From the NCBI RefSeq assembly GCF_030028105.1, contig NC_092378.1, positions 109,667,731-109,731,730 of the forward strand: DNA of 64,000 bases. The letters are read 5' to 3'. Positions 52,981 to 64,000 of this stretch are shown one piece after another (positions within the stretch are counted from its first letter, which is position 1; each line of letters begins with the position of its first letter). The notes beneath the pieces are model-generated. The model was not told the DNA's origin. It made no database searches and saw only the letters and a list, made by a program, of their open reading frames with translations. This stretch comes from Mobula birostris. Lineage: Eukaryota. The position numbers and the translations under genes are program-made.

Positions 52981-53451
52981 AGAAAAATCAGAAGACTTAG
53001 TTTAAAATTATTCCTGTGTGAATTAATAGCATTTGCTGAACTTTCTAACATGACTAAAATATTGCATTCCTAGATGAGCATGTGACTGTGTCCATTTAAT
53101 GTTCAGTACTTTATTTTCTTGATCACAGCTAATGGTTGAACTGTAGCTGTTGGTCTCAGCTATCCTGGTTTATAGACGAGTAATAGACTGGGACTTCATC
53201 TTCCAATCACTGTTCTGAAACTTTTGCTGCAAGTGCTCATGTAACTATGAATTTGAAAGATATGTGATATTCCCTTTGCTAGAATATACTCATGAAACTC
53301 CCAAGGAAAGTTTACACTGATTTGGTTCTCACTTGGCTGAAGTAACAAAGATCCATGGAATTTTATTTCAACAAGTGTTTTCAGAAATGAGAGAAGAAAC
53401 ATTGGTGGGTTGCATGAACTTCAGTTTTGAATGATCCATTTGTGCTTTCAG

Positions 53452-53522
53452 CTCAAGCAAACCCAGATTAAAGGATCCATGTCAAACAAGGAGGAGTTTG
53501 TTCCAGATCACGAGAAGCTCAG
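53452..53522 (+). CDS. LOC400499: LOC400499-like LLTP, coding exon 4
   Basis: Acceptor tttgtgctttcag, phase 0 matching exon 3. LKQTQIKGSMSNKEEFVPDHEKL, donor AG|gtactg. The gene continues beyond the window. Confidence 0.7.
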
Positions 53523-54429
53523 GTACTGTACCTCTTTTAAGCATAAATAAATTTTGGTTTTAACATTTCAGTTTAACTTTTTTAACCGGTTTATTGCAGG
53601 CCTGCTATGCTAATAGACGTGTAGCCTGCCCTTTTTCTCCAGATTAATGCCAAGGGGAAATGGAGTTACGGTCTTGTTATAGTGCTGGTCCTCATTTTCA
53701 ATAAAGTGCAGCCTTGTTCGGGAAGCACAGGAATGCTGAATTGTCGTCAAATAACAGAATAACTAAAATTGTTGAGTGTTGCACTTTGAAATAACAATAA
53801 ATCTTGTATTGAATACAGCAAAACTCCCAACATCCTGATGGTTTGGTATCTGGCTCACCAGCAGTTGATTTTGCCTGTGCTCCCTTGCTGCTTTCCAGGG
53901 CCCACAGGGACATTTATTATAGTTCTGTGCAACACTCTCTAAGGAAAGCAGTAAATTAAAAATGTGCTGGTGTGTTAATGGGAATAAAAAGTAATAATCT
54001 GGAAAATCACCTATTCTGCCATTACCTGGATAATTGGTTTCTGTAATGGATAGAATACTATTAATGACTGGAAAGATCAATTGCTATCCTTACTACATAC
54101 GGACCAACTATGCAAGAGTCCTTTGAGGCCAAAAGAAAGTCAATTCTTGTTACTTAGGATGGGGTGGTAGTTGTGAAGGTGATGGTGTGGGGTAAGAAAC
54201 TACATTCTCTCTTTTTGTATTGGGACGTGCAAACCAGTTCTTTAAGGTGTATGCAGATTACTTGAAGAATAATAAAAGTAAAAACATAGATCCTTTAGCC
54301 CAATCTGCTATTCAGTAGGATTCAGTGCCTCATGCCTGTTGTCTTTTTAAAAACCATGTCATCACCATGTTCTGTAGCATCCAAAGACCAACCTATATTT
54401 GCACGGCTGTACTTGGAATTTCTAAGCCA

Positions 54430-54616
54430 GCCGGTGGTGTAGTGGCATCAGCACTGGACTTCAAGGCAAATAGTCCCAGGTTCAAATCCAGCCGTCTCCT
54501 TGCATGCTTCCCATCTGTGCTGGGTTGAATGCTGGGCTAGCAACTCGGCCTTATAAAAAAAACAACAAAAGGAAATGCTGCCTGGTGCACTACAACACGT
54601 GGAAAGGAACAACAAC
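54430..54616 (+). mobile_element. tRNA-derived SINE
   Basis: tRNA-like head gccggtggtgtagtggcatcagc...ggttcaaatcc (A and B boxes), a non-tRNA body, and an (aac)n tail. Confidence 0.7.
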
Positions 54617-55539
54617 TTGGAACTTCTACTGGGGCAGAAAATACTCAAAAGACTTTTAACCCTGAGTAAAGAACCACTCAGAACTAAAGTAAGACTGTAA
54701 ACCAATTCCATGTATGCTGGTTACATCTACCCAGACATTTCCTTTCTTCCTTAGTGTCCCTCATTTTCTGAGCTCCAGTATGGTACTGCTTGAAAATAAA
54801 TGTGAATACATGAATGGTGTGGACAATGTATAACATTGTATGTATAACAATGTATGTACATTCTGTGTATTAACAGCAGATCTCTGGTGTTGTCCATAAT
54901 GAGTAAGATATTGGGCTTAACATTAACATCATGTTTCAACAGTAAGATATATTAAAAATGAGAATCAGCTTTTCAGTTCTAATTTTCAGCATAACTTAAT
55001 GCTGCCCCCCCCCCCAGCACACAGATGCTGCTTGACTTGTTCAGTTGTACACCCATTAGATTCTGTAATTTTTATGGAAACTTTGAGAATTTGATTCCTA
55101 TTGAAGAGGATGATTGGGAGAAGATTCTGGATGTGGGCAGCCGTGTGCAGGGTGTACCTGACTGGAAGAGGGTCTTGTGGTCCAGTACTTCTCCGGAGGG
55201 GAAGCTGAGGTTTGGCAGAGCTGTGGAATGTTGTGTGGTATTTGGTCCAGTGCCCTCTGTGGGTCTGTCAGCAATGAAGGGAAGAAAGAAGGTCTGTCCG
55301 ATAGTGTTGACATGAACTATTTGGTCTGGTAGTGCTGACTTTAATTACTTTCTAGCCATTATATTTTAGTGATTTTAATTCCTGGATATCTGTCTTGCAC
55401 CCATGTAGCACTTCACAATATGTAATATAACTAGCAGGATTAATAAATAAACAGGACTGGTGAAAGCTGTAAAGGTGTCAGGCAATTTGGTGCTGAATAT
55501 AATAGATGCATAAACCTTGCTTTTTAAATTGCAGTTATA

Positions 55540-55710
55540 GGCTTCACCTATCACCTTCCAGCTAGCCTCCTTCCCTCCCCCCACCATTTTACTTTGGTGT
55601 CTTCCTCCTTCCTTCTCAGTCCTGAAGAAGGGTCTCAGCCCAAAATGGTGACTTCTGTTCATTTCCATAGATGCTGCTTGACCTGCTGAGTTCCTCCAGC
55701 ATTTTGCCTG
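55540..55710 (+). mobile_element. Penelope pLTR fragment with decayed hammerhead
   Basis: cagtc ctgaaga agggtctcagccc aaaa...cctgctgagttcctccagcatttt. Confidence 0.75.
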
Positions 55711-57281
55711 AAAGAGTTTTTGTCTAGCTGTCATCTACATGTTTCTCGCGCCACATTTCTCTCATTGCTGTTGTATCTCTCTGCCCTTCTTCTCCCAACC
55801 TGTTCTCACTGCCGCTTTTTCTGTGCTCCTGTTATTGATTCAACTTTGCCTGCATAGCCCAAGCTCTCTCTCACGGCTACCTTCACATAAATACTTTTCA
55901 TTTATTGAAAAGTACAACTGATTTTCATCACTCCGAAACTTTGATCAGTTTTAGAAACAATTCCTTAGGTTTTTGTGAAAAGAGGGCTCTTTAAGGAGCT
56001 GACAAACTCTGTCATTTCATATCAGTGGGAATGCAGTGGGATACCAGTTTAATTAAAATTTTAATTTTACAGAAACTTCGCATGATTAATATGGGATTTG
56101 ATGTCCACCAGTTCCTCGGTGTGCTGCCACTGAGATCACATCTGTCCAAGAAATGGTGGTTCAAATGCAGGCCTTTGAACTTAGAACAGTACAAGCCCTC
56201 TAGCCCACAATATTGTGCTCACATTTTAATCTATTATAAGATCAATCTAATCATTCCCTCCCTCATAACCCTCCATTTTCTCCATTTTTCTTTCATCTAT
56301 GTGCCTCTCTAAGAGTTTCCTAAGTGTTCCTAATGTATCTGCCTCTACCACCACTTTAGTAGCTTATTCCATGCACCTACCACTTTTTGTGTATTAAATA
56401 AAATCTACCTTTGACATCTCTCCCCCTATACTTTCTTCCAATCACTTTAAAATTATATCCACTTGTGTTAGCCACTTCCACCCTGGAGAAAAAATCTCTG
56501 GCCATCCACTCTACCTGTGCCTTTTATCTTGCACACCTCTATCAAGTCACCTGTCATCCTCCTTTGCTCCAGAAGACAGGCAGCATCATGGTAAATCTTC
56601 CCTGCTCCATCTCTAAAACTTCTACATCTCTTCTACAATGAGTGGACCAGAGCTGAATACATTATTCCAAGTACGGCCAAAGCAGGGTATTATCGAGCTG
56701 CAGCATTACCTCACGGCTCTTTAACTCAATCCCCTGACTAATGAAGGCCAAAACACAATATGCCTGCTAACCGACCCTATCAACTTGCGTGGTAATTTTG
56801 AGGGATCTATGGACATAGACGCCAAGTTCCCTCTTTCTCCACAGTAAGAATCCTACCTTTAACCTTGCATATAGACTTCAAGTTCGACCTTCTAACGTGA
56901 ATCACTTCACACTTTTCTGGGTTGAACTCCATCCTCCACTTTTCAGCCCAGCTCTGCATCCTATTAATGTCTCATTGTATCCTATGACAACCTTCTACAC
57001 TATCCAGAACACCACTAACCTTTATGTCCTCTGCAAATTTACTAACCCACCCTTCCCATCCAAGTCATTTAGTAAAATCCACCAAGTACAAAGGTCCCGG
57101 AATAGATCCCTGTCGACCACCACTGGTTACCAACCTCCGTGAAGAATATTCTCAATCTGCTACCAATGCTCTGCTCTGGCTTCTATGAACAAGCACATTC
57201 TGAATCCACACAGCCAAGTTTTCCTGAATCCCATGCCTACAGCCTTGATGACTGAGCCTACCATGGGAGCCTTATCAAATA

Positions 57282-58899
57282 CAGTGGCATGCAAAAGTTT
57301 GGGGACCCCTGGTCAAAATTTCTGTTACTGTGAGTAGCTAATTGAGTAAAAGGTGACCTGATTTCCAAAGGCATAAAGTTAAAGATGACACATTTCTTTA
57401 CTATTTTAAGCAAGGTTACTTTTTTACTTCCATCTTTTACAGTTTCAAAATAACAAAAAAGGAAGAGGGCCCGAAGCAAAAGTTTGGGCACCCTGCACGT
57501 TCAGTACTTAGTAACACCCCTTTTGGCAAGTATCACAGCTTGTAAATGCTTTCTGTAGCCAGCTAAGAATCTTTCAATTCTTTGGAGGATTTTCACCCAT
57601 TCTTCCTTGCAAAAGGCTTCTAGTTCTGTAAGATTCTTGGGCTGTCTTGCATGCACTGCTCTTTTGAGGTCTATCCACAGATTTTCGATGATGTTTAGGT
57701 CGGGGGACTGTGAGGGCCATGGCAAAACCTTCAGCTTGTGCCTCTTGAGGTAGTCCATTGTGGATTTTGAGGTGTGTTTAGGATCATTATCCTGTTGTAG
57801 AAGCCATCCTCTTTTCATCTTCAGCTTTTTTTCCACAGACTGTATGATGTTTGCTTTCAGAATTTGCTGGTATTTAATTGAATTCATTCATCCCTCTACC
57901 AGTGAAATGTTCCCTGTGCCACTGACTGCAACACAAGCCCAAAGCATGATCGATCTACCCCCGTGCTTAACAGTTGGAGAGGTGTTCTTTTCATGAAATT
58001 CTGCACCCTTTTTTCTCCAAACATATCTTTGCTCATTGCTGCCAAAATGTTCTATTTTAACTTCATCACTCCACAGGACTTGTTTCCAAAATGCATCAGG
58101 CTTGTTTAGTTGTTCCTTTGCAAACTTCTGATGCTGAATTTTGTGGTGAGGGCGCAGGAAAAGTTTTCTTCTGATGACTCTTCCAAGAAGGTCATATTTG
58201 TGCAGGTGTCGCTGCACAGTAGAACAGTGCACCACCACTCCAGAGTCTGCTAAATCTTTCTGAAGGTCTTTTGCAGTCAAACAGGGGTTTTGATTTGCCT
58301 TTCTAGCAATCCTACGAGCAGTTCTTTCGGAAAGTTTTCTTGGTCTTCCAGACCTCAACTTGACCTCCACCATTCCTGTTAACTGCCATTTCTTAATTAC
58401 ATTACGAACTGAGGAAACGGCTACCTGAAAACGCTTTGCTATTTTCTTATAGCCTTCTGCTTTGTGGGTATCATTTATTTTAATTTTCAGAGTGCTAGGC
58501 AGCTGCTTCGAGGAGCCCATGGCTGCTGATTATTGGGACAAGGTTTGAGGAGTCAGAGTATTTATAAAGCTTTGAAATTTACATAACCTGGCCTTTCGTA
58601 ATGATGACTGTGAACAAGCCATAGCCCTAACAAGCTGACTAAGGTCTGAGACCTCGGTAGAAGTTAACTGAGAGCTCAAATCTCTTGGGGTGCCCAAACT
58701 TTTGCATGGTGCTCCTTTCCTTTTCTTCACTCTAAAATTGTACAAAATAAAAATAATACACGAATCTTGTTTAAAATGTTGAAAAGAATGTTTCATCTTT
58801 AACTTTATGACTTTTGGAGATCAGTTCATCTTCTACTCACTCAACTATTCACAGTAACAGAAATTTTGACTGGGGTTCCCAAACTTTTGCATGCCACTG
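57282..58899 (-). mobile_element. Tc1/mariner DNA transposon, IR/DR type, full length
   Basis: ~220-bp TIRs starting cagtggcatgcaaaagtttgg, inner direct repeats (~57476, ~58690), and TA TSDs at 57280-57281 and 58900-58901. Confidence 0.95.
57501..58520 (-). pseudogene. Tc1 DD34E transposase with one in-frame stop
   Basis: Paired-like HTH, GRPRK, WSDE...QQDNDPKH...SPDLNIIE (34 residues between D and E). The two ORFs (210 + 128 aa) are in the same frame, split only by TGA at 57888-57890. Confidence 0.92.
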
Positions 58900-60715
58900 T
58901 ACCTTACTAAAATTTGTGTATAGCACATCCACTGCTCTATCTTCATCAAATTGAATTTGCTGAGAAAAATAACAAAAGAATTAGGGTCGTGAGACGCTAA
59001 TTGCCCTAACAACTCCATGCTCACTATCACTAATCAGGCTATGCTTCAGATGCTTGCAAATCCTGTCTCTAAGAATCCACTCCCATAGTTTGTCCACTAC
59101 TAGTATAAGATTCACTGGACTTGAATTCTCAGGGTTTTGCCTTTTTACTTGAACAAAGAAAAAAAAAACATTTGCCCTCCTCTAATCTTCTGGTACTATA
59201 CCTGTTGCCAGTGAGGATACAAAGATCATCACCAAAGATGCAGGAATCTCTTCCCTCACTTCCTGTAGTAAACTGGGAGATGTATTGCATCTGACCCTGG
59301 GGAGTTAACCATGCAAATGTTTTGAAAAGTATATCCTTTTTCTTAACATCGACACGATCCAGCGTATTAGCCTGCACAGTTGCCTAGGTCTCTCTCAGTG
59401 CTGAATACTTAAGCAAAGTTTTCATTTGAGGACTACTTCTATTTCCTCCAAATTCAGGCATATGCTAGACCATAAGACATAGCAGAAATAGGCCATTAGG
59501 CCCCTCGAGTCTATTCCGATATTCTATCATTGCTGATTTATTACTCCCCTCAACTGTATTCTCCTGCCTTCTCCCCATAGTATTTGACACCCTTACTAAT
59601 CAAAATCCTATCAAACTCTGCATTAAATACAACCAACAACTTGGCCTCCATAGCTGTCTGTAATAATGAATTCCACAGGTTCACCACCATCTGGCTAAAG
59701 AACTTCCTCCTAATCTCGTTTCTAAAAGGATATCCTTGTATTTTGAGGCTGTGCCTTCCAGTCCTAGACTCCTCCACTATAGGAAACGTCCTTGTCACAT
59801 CCACCATCTAGGTCTTTCAATATTCAATAGGCTTCAATGAGATTCCCTCCCATTCTATTAAACTCCAGCAAGTACAGGCCCAGAGCCATTAAACACTCAT
59901 CGTATGTTAATTCTTTCATTCCTGGAGCTATCTCATGAACCTCCTCTGGACCCTCTCCAGTATCAGCACATTCTTTCTTGGATAAGAAGCCCAAAACTGC
60001 TCACCATATTGTTTGTTTCCTCTTTTGTCTCTGATTGATTCTACCCTGACTCTAATAATTCTCTTGTTCTCTATGTTTGTGTAGAATACTTTGGGGTTAC
60101 CTTAATCCTCCTCTTCAAGGCTTTCATGTGTCCTCCTAGCTCTCCTAAATCCATTCTTGAGCTCCTTCCTGACTGCCTTGTAACTCTCTAGAGCCTGGTC
60201 TGACCCTTGCTGCTTAAATCTTAGGTAAGCTTCTTTGCTTCTGACTAGATGTTCTGCATTTCTTGTCAACCATGGTTACCTCACCCAACCATCAGTTCCC
60301 TGCCTTATTGGAACAGATCTCTATGGAACCCCCAGCAACTGCTCCCTAAACAACTTCCACATTTCTGTTGTGCATTTCCCTGTGTACATCTGTTCCCAAT
60401 TTATGCTGTCAAGTTCTCCCCTGATAGTCGAAGCAAGCAGCTGAAGCAGGGAGTGGAAGAATTCGGGTAGAAGAAGTCATTTTTTTTTTCTTAAACACGG
60501 CTCGGGGAGAAGGGTCTGCACTGCGCAGGCGTGTGACGTAGCGCGCCAAGGTTTAAAAGCAGACCACCATATACAGCGGCCATCGTCGGAGTGGACTGAG
60601 TCAGAGTGGGATGGCTTTGGCTCAACAGGCTTCAGCGAGAACAGGCAGAGGCCAGGGTAGGTTCCGGTAAGTTTTTTTGTTCAGATTGTTTAGAGTAGAG
60701 AGAGTGCCAGGCAGG

Positions 60716-61639
60716 ATGTTGGAATGCTCCTCTTGCAGGATGTGGGAAGTCAGGGAGCCCTCCGGTGTCCCTGACAACGACTCCTGCAAGAAGTGCATCC
60801 AGCTGCAGCTCCTAACAAACCGCGTTAGGGAACTGGAGCAGGAGCTGGATGACCTGTGGATCATTCGGGAGAATGAGGAGATTATAGATAGTAGCTACAG
60901 GGAGTTAGTTATGCCAAAGGAGCAGAGCACAGGAAATCGGGTCACTGTCAGACAAGGGAAGAGGAAAGGGCAGGCAGAGCAGGGTTCCCCTGTGGCCATT
61001 CCCCTCAACAACAAGTATACCGCATTGGATACTGTTGGGGGGGATGACTTACCTGGGACAAGCTGCAGTAGCCGGATCTCTGGCACTGAGTCTGGCTCTG
61101 CAGTGCAGAAGGGAGGGGGGAGAAAGAGGAGAGCGGTTGTGATAGGAGACTCAATAGTTAGAGGTGCAGATAGGAGGTTCGGTGGTCGTGACAGAGAATC
61201 CAGGATGGTTTGTTCCCTCCCGGGTGCTAGGGTCAAGGATGTCTCTGATCGATTGCATGACATTCTGAAGTGGGAGGGTGACCAGCCAGATGTCGTAGTG
61301 CACATCAGTACCAATGACATAGCAAGGAAGAGTGAGGAGGTCCTGGGGACTAAGTATAGAGAGCTTGGTAGGAAGTTGAAAAGCAGGACCTCAAGGGTGG
61401 TAATCTCAGGATTGCTACCTGTGCTACGTGCCAGTGAGGGTAGGAATAGGATGCTCTGGAGGATGAACAAGTGGCTGAGGAACTGGTGTAGGGCACAGGG
61501 TTTCAGATTTCAGGATCATTGGGACCTCTTCTGGGGCAGGTGGGACCTGTACAAGAGAGACAGGTTACACTTGAACTACAGGGGGACCAATATCCTTTCA
61601 GGGAGGTTTGTTAGTGCTATTGGGGAGGCTTTAGACTAG
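60716..61639 (+). CDS. CR1 ORF1p: zinc finger, coiled coil and SGNH/GDSL esterase-like domain
   Basis: CSSC...CKKC, LQLLTNRVRELEQELDDL heptads, VVIGDSIVRG, LPGARVKD, HISTND, DRLHLN; open reading frame. Confidence 0.88.
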   Translation: MLECSSCRMWEVREPSGVPDNDSCKKCIQLQLLTNRVRELEQELDDLWIIRENEEIIDSSYRELVMPKEQSTGNRVTVRQGKRKGQAEQGSPVAIPLNNKYTALDTVGGDDLPGTSCSSRISGTESGSAVQKGGGRKRRAVVIGDSIVRGADRRFGGRDRESRMVCSLPGARVKDVSDRLHDILKWEGDQPDVVVHISTNDIARKSEEVLGTKYRELGRKLKSRTSRVVISGLLPVLRASEGRNRMLWRMNKWLRNWCRAQGFRFQDHWDLFWGRWDLYKRDRLHLNYRGTNILSGRFVSAIGEALD

Positions 61640-63062
61640 ATTTGCAGGGGGATGGGAACCAGAGTGCCAGAGCTGACAGTGTGGCTGGGGTGAAAATAAA
61701 TGATGTTAAAAGTTCAAGGAAATCTGCTAATAGAAAGGTTGTGAGTGGTGTTAAAAATCTTCTGAGGTGTATATATTTCAATGCTAGGAGTATTGCGGGG
61801 AAGGCGGATGAGCTGAGGGCGTGGATTGACGCGTGGAATTATGACGTTATAGCAATTAGTGAAACTTGGCTACAGGAGGGGCAGGACTGGCAGCTTAATA
61901 TTCCAGGGTTCCGATGTTTCAGATGTGATCGAGGCAGAGGAATGAAAGGTGGGGGAGTAGCATTGCTTGTTAGGGAAAATATTACAGCAATGCTCAGGCA
62001 GGACAGATTAGAGGGCTTGTCTACTGAGTCCTTATGGGTGGAGCTGAGAAACAGGAAAGATATGGCCACATTAGTGGGATTGTGTTACAGACCACCCAAT
62101 AGTCAATGAGAATTGGAAGAGCAAATCTGCAGAGAGATAGCAGGCAATTGCAGGAAACATGAAGTTGTGGTGGTAGGGGGTTTTAATTTTCCATATATTG
62201 ATTGGGACTCCCATACTGTTAGGGGTCTAGATAGTTTAGAGTTTGTAAAATATGTTCAGGAAAGTTTTCTAAATTAATATATAGAGGGACCAACTAGAGG
62301 GGATGCAATATTAGATCTCCTGTTAGGAAACGAGTTAGGACAAGTGACAGAAGTCTGTGTAGGGGAGCACTTTGGTTCCAGTGATCATAACACCATTAGT
62401 TTCAACTTGATCATGGACAAGGATAGATCTGGTCCTAGGGTTGAGGTTCTTAACTGGAAGAAGGCCAAATTTGAAGAAATGAGAAAGGATCTAAAAAGCG
62501 TGGATTGGGACAAGTTGTTCTCTGGCAAGGATGTGATCGGTAGGTGGGAAGCCTTCAAAGGAGAAATTTTGAGAGTGCAGAATTTGTATGTTCCTGTCAG
62601 GATTAAAGGCAAAGTGAATAGGAATAAGGAACCTTGGTTCTCAAGGGAAATTGCAACTCTGATAAAGAAGAAGAGGGAGTTGTATGACATGTATTGGAAG
62701 TAGGGAGTAAATACGGTGCTTGAGGAGTATGAGAAGTGCAAGAAAATACTTAAGAAAGAAATCAGGAGGGCTAAAAGAAGACATGAGGTTGCCTTGGCAG
62801 TCAAAGTGAAGGATAATCCAAAGAACTTTTACAGGTATATTAAGAGCAAAAGGATTGTAAGGGATAAAATTGGTCCTCTTGAAGATCAGAGTGGTTGGCT
62901 ATGTGCGGAACCAAAGGAAATGGGGGAGATCTTAAATAGGTTTTTTGTGTCTGTATTTACCAAGGAAACTGGCATGAAGTCTATGGAATTAGGGGAAACA
63001 AGTAGTGAGATCATGGAAGCTGTACAGATCGAAAAGGAGGAGGTCCTTGCTGTCTTGAGGAA
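61615..63062 (+). pseudogene. CR1 ORF2 (endonuclease region) with nonsense mutations
   Basis: Same-frame segments 61642-62109, 62344-62703 and 62716-63062 are separated by stops, then interrupted by an LTR. Confidence 0.88.
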
Positions 63063-63929
63063 TGTTATGTACCCCGTAACTGGGTTGCTAAACCAGCAGA
63101 AATGGACCACTTAGTTGGAGTCTGGATTACTGGAACTAAGGAAGTTTTATTAGAGAAATAAGTAACACAGTACTCTAAACGTAAGGATATAAATGCAACA
63201 GGTTAGCAATGATAAAACACACATGTACACAGAACTAGGATAATAGGAATCAATCAAGCTCTATCGCAGTCTAGGGGTAAAATGATCAGACTCAAGTGAC
63301 ACAGAGTTCAGTTCAGTTTAGTTCAGTTCGCAGTAATCGCTGTTGTGCAGTTGGGGAGAGACAGAGAGAGAGAGAGCGAATGTTGATATTCAAATCGGAT
63401 TCAACAGACCTTTGATATTCCTCGCAGTTAGCTTTCGGCGCGAGCCCTTTTTAATGTCTTCTGAGGTCACCAACTGTGACCACCCCCGCCCCCCCCCCCC
63501 CCCCGTTCCGGATACAATCGTTCTTCTGCGGTGAACCCGGCACCCAGGCAAGGGTGGACACACACACCAGGTTCCCGCTGATCGTACTGTCTCACCCCTG
63601 TGCGTCTATGGTTGGTCCAGTGATCAGACCTCCAAAACTCACACCAACTTGTGGGGGCACACCGCACTTCCAGGGTCTCATTATCTCGTGGTGTCGTGGT
63701 GTGTCTCTTGCCTTAGCGAACCTGTTCCTTTTATCCCCCTGCTGGGGTATCGCCCGTCCATCAAACTTCAAACAGTTCAGGTTCAAAGCAACCGGTCTCG
63801 GACAATACTCGGAACTGTGTCTCCTTTTTGTTAATCCCTCTCGTCTCTCTCTTATTAGCATTTTGAATGCTTCCCCCATTTGTCTCCCTCTTATCTCTTT
63901 TATCGGCATCTTCTGATAACTTGGTCACA
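63063..63929 (-). mobile_element. Solo LTR (Gypsy-like, 4-bp TSD) inserted in CR1 ORF2
   Basis: tgttatg...gtcaca termini with perfect TSD ggaa (63059-63062, 63930-63933). CR1 coding resumes exactly afterwards; minus-strand AATAAA near 63146. Confidence 0.88.
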
Positions 63930-64000
63930 GGAAAATTAAAGTGGATAAATCCCCGGGACCTGACAGGGTGTTCCCTCGGACCTTGAAGGAGACTAGTGTT

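Larger units (their letters stand above)
56185..60420 (-). mobile_element. Old CR1 LINE(s) hosting the Tc1 and another CR1 3' piece (~59465-60005)
   Basis: Minus-strand CR1 ORF2 remnants continuous across the Tc1 (ccttatcaaata|ccttactaaaat); RKFFSQMVVNLWNSL at 59550-59807. Confidence 0.75.
60425..64000 (+). mobile_element. 5'-complete CR1 LINE (5'UTR, ORF1, ORF2 start), continuing past the window
   Basis: 5'UTR, intact ORF1, APE endonuclease (YFNARS, ISETWL, GGGVALLV, YRPPN, SDHN) and the RT lead-in (DKSPGPD). Confidence 0.93.

Noticed and set aside
54430-54500. tRNA gene
   Set aside because: The tRNA-like head runs into a SINE body and (aac)n tail; there is no convincing complete cloverleaf.
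56072-56170. Possible fifth LLTP exon after ttaattttacag
   Set aside because: The required phase-2 reading hits TGA within four codons, and there is no LPD_N similarity.
60677-61639. 320-aa SGNH hydrolase as a host or horizontally acquired esterase gene
   Set aside because: It is the standard esterase-bearing ORF1 of CR1, directly followed by the CR1 endonuclease.

Overview
Eukaryotic, transposon-dense vertebrate genomic DNA. The CR1/Rex1/Penelope/V-SINE mix suggests a cartilaginous fish, probably a ray (inference). Two spliced host genes lie on the + strand; the ORF track misses or mis-frames them. (1) The last two coding exons of LITAF (1435-1588, 8640-8748; CPTC...HNCPNC zinc motif) with a ~1.8 kb TE-free 3'UTR. 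(2) The first four coding exons of a secreted apoB/apolipophorin-like large lipid transfer protein (45151-45205, 45646-45696, 47555-47715, 53452-53522), most likely the orthologue of the uncharacterised human LOC400499 that neighbours LITAF. The rest is nested mobile DNA: many CR1 and Rex1/Babar LINE fragments; a 5'-complete CR1 with an intact ORF1 and a candidate -1 frameshift junction; Penelope elements carrying minimal hammerhead ribozymes; a nearly intact IR/DR Tc1 (DD34E); a Buster-type hAT; four solo-LTR-like elements; a Tx1 fragment; and SINEs/MITEs. All calls were made by eye without database searches. Boundaries of decayed repeats are approximate.
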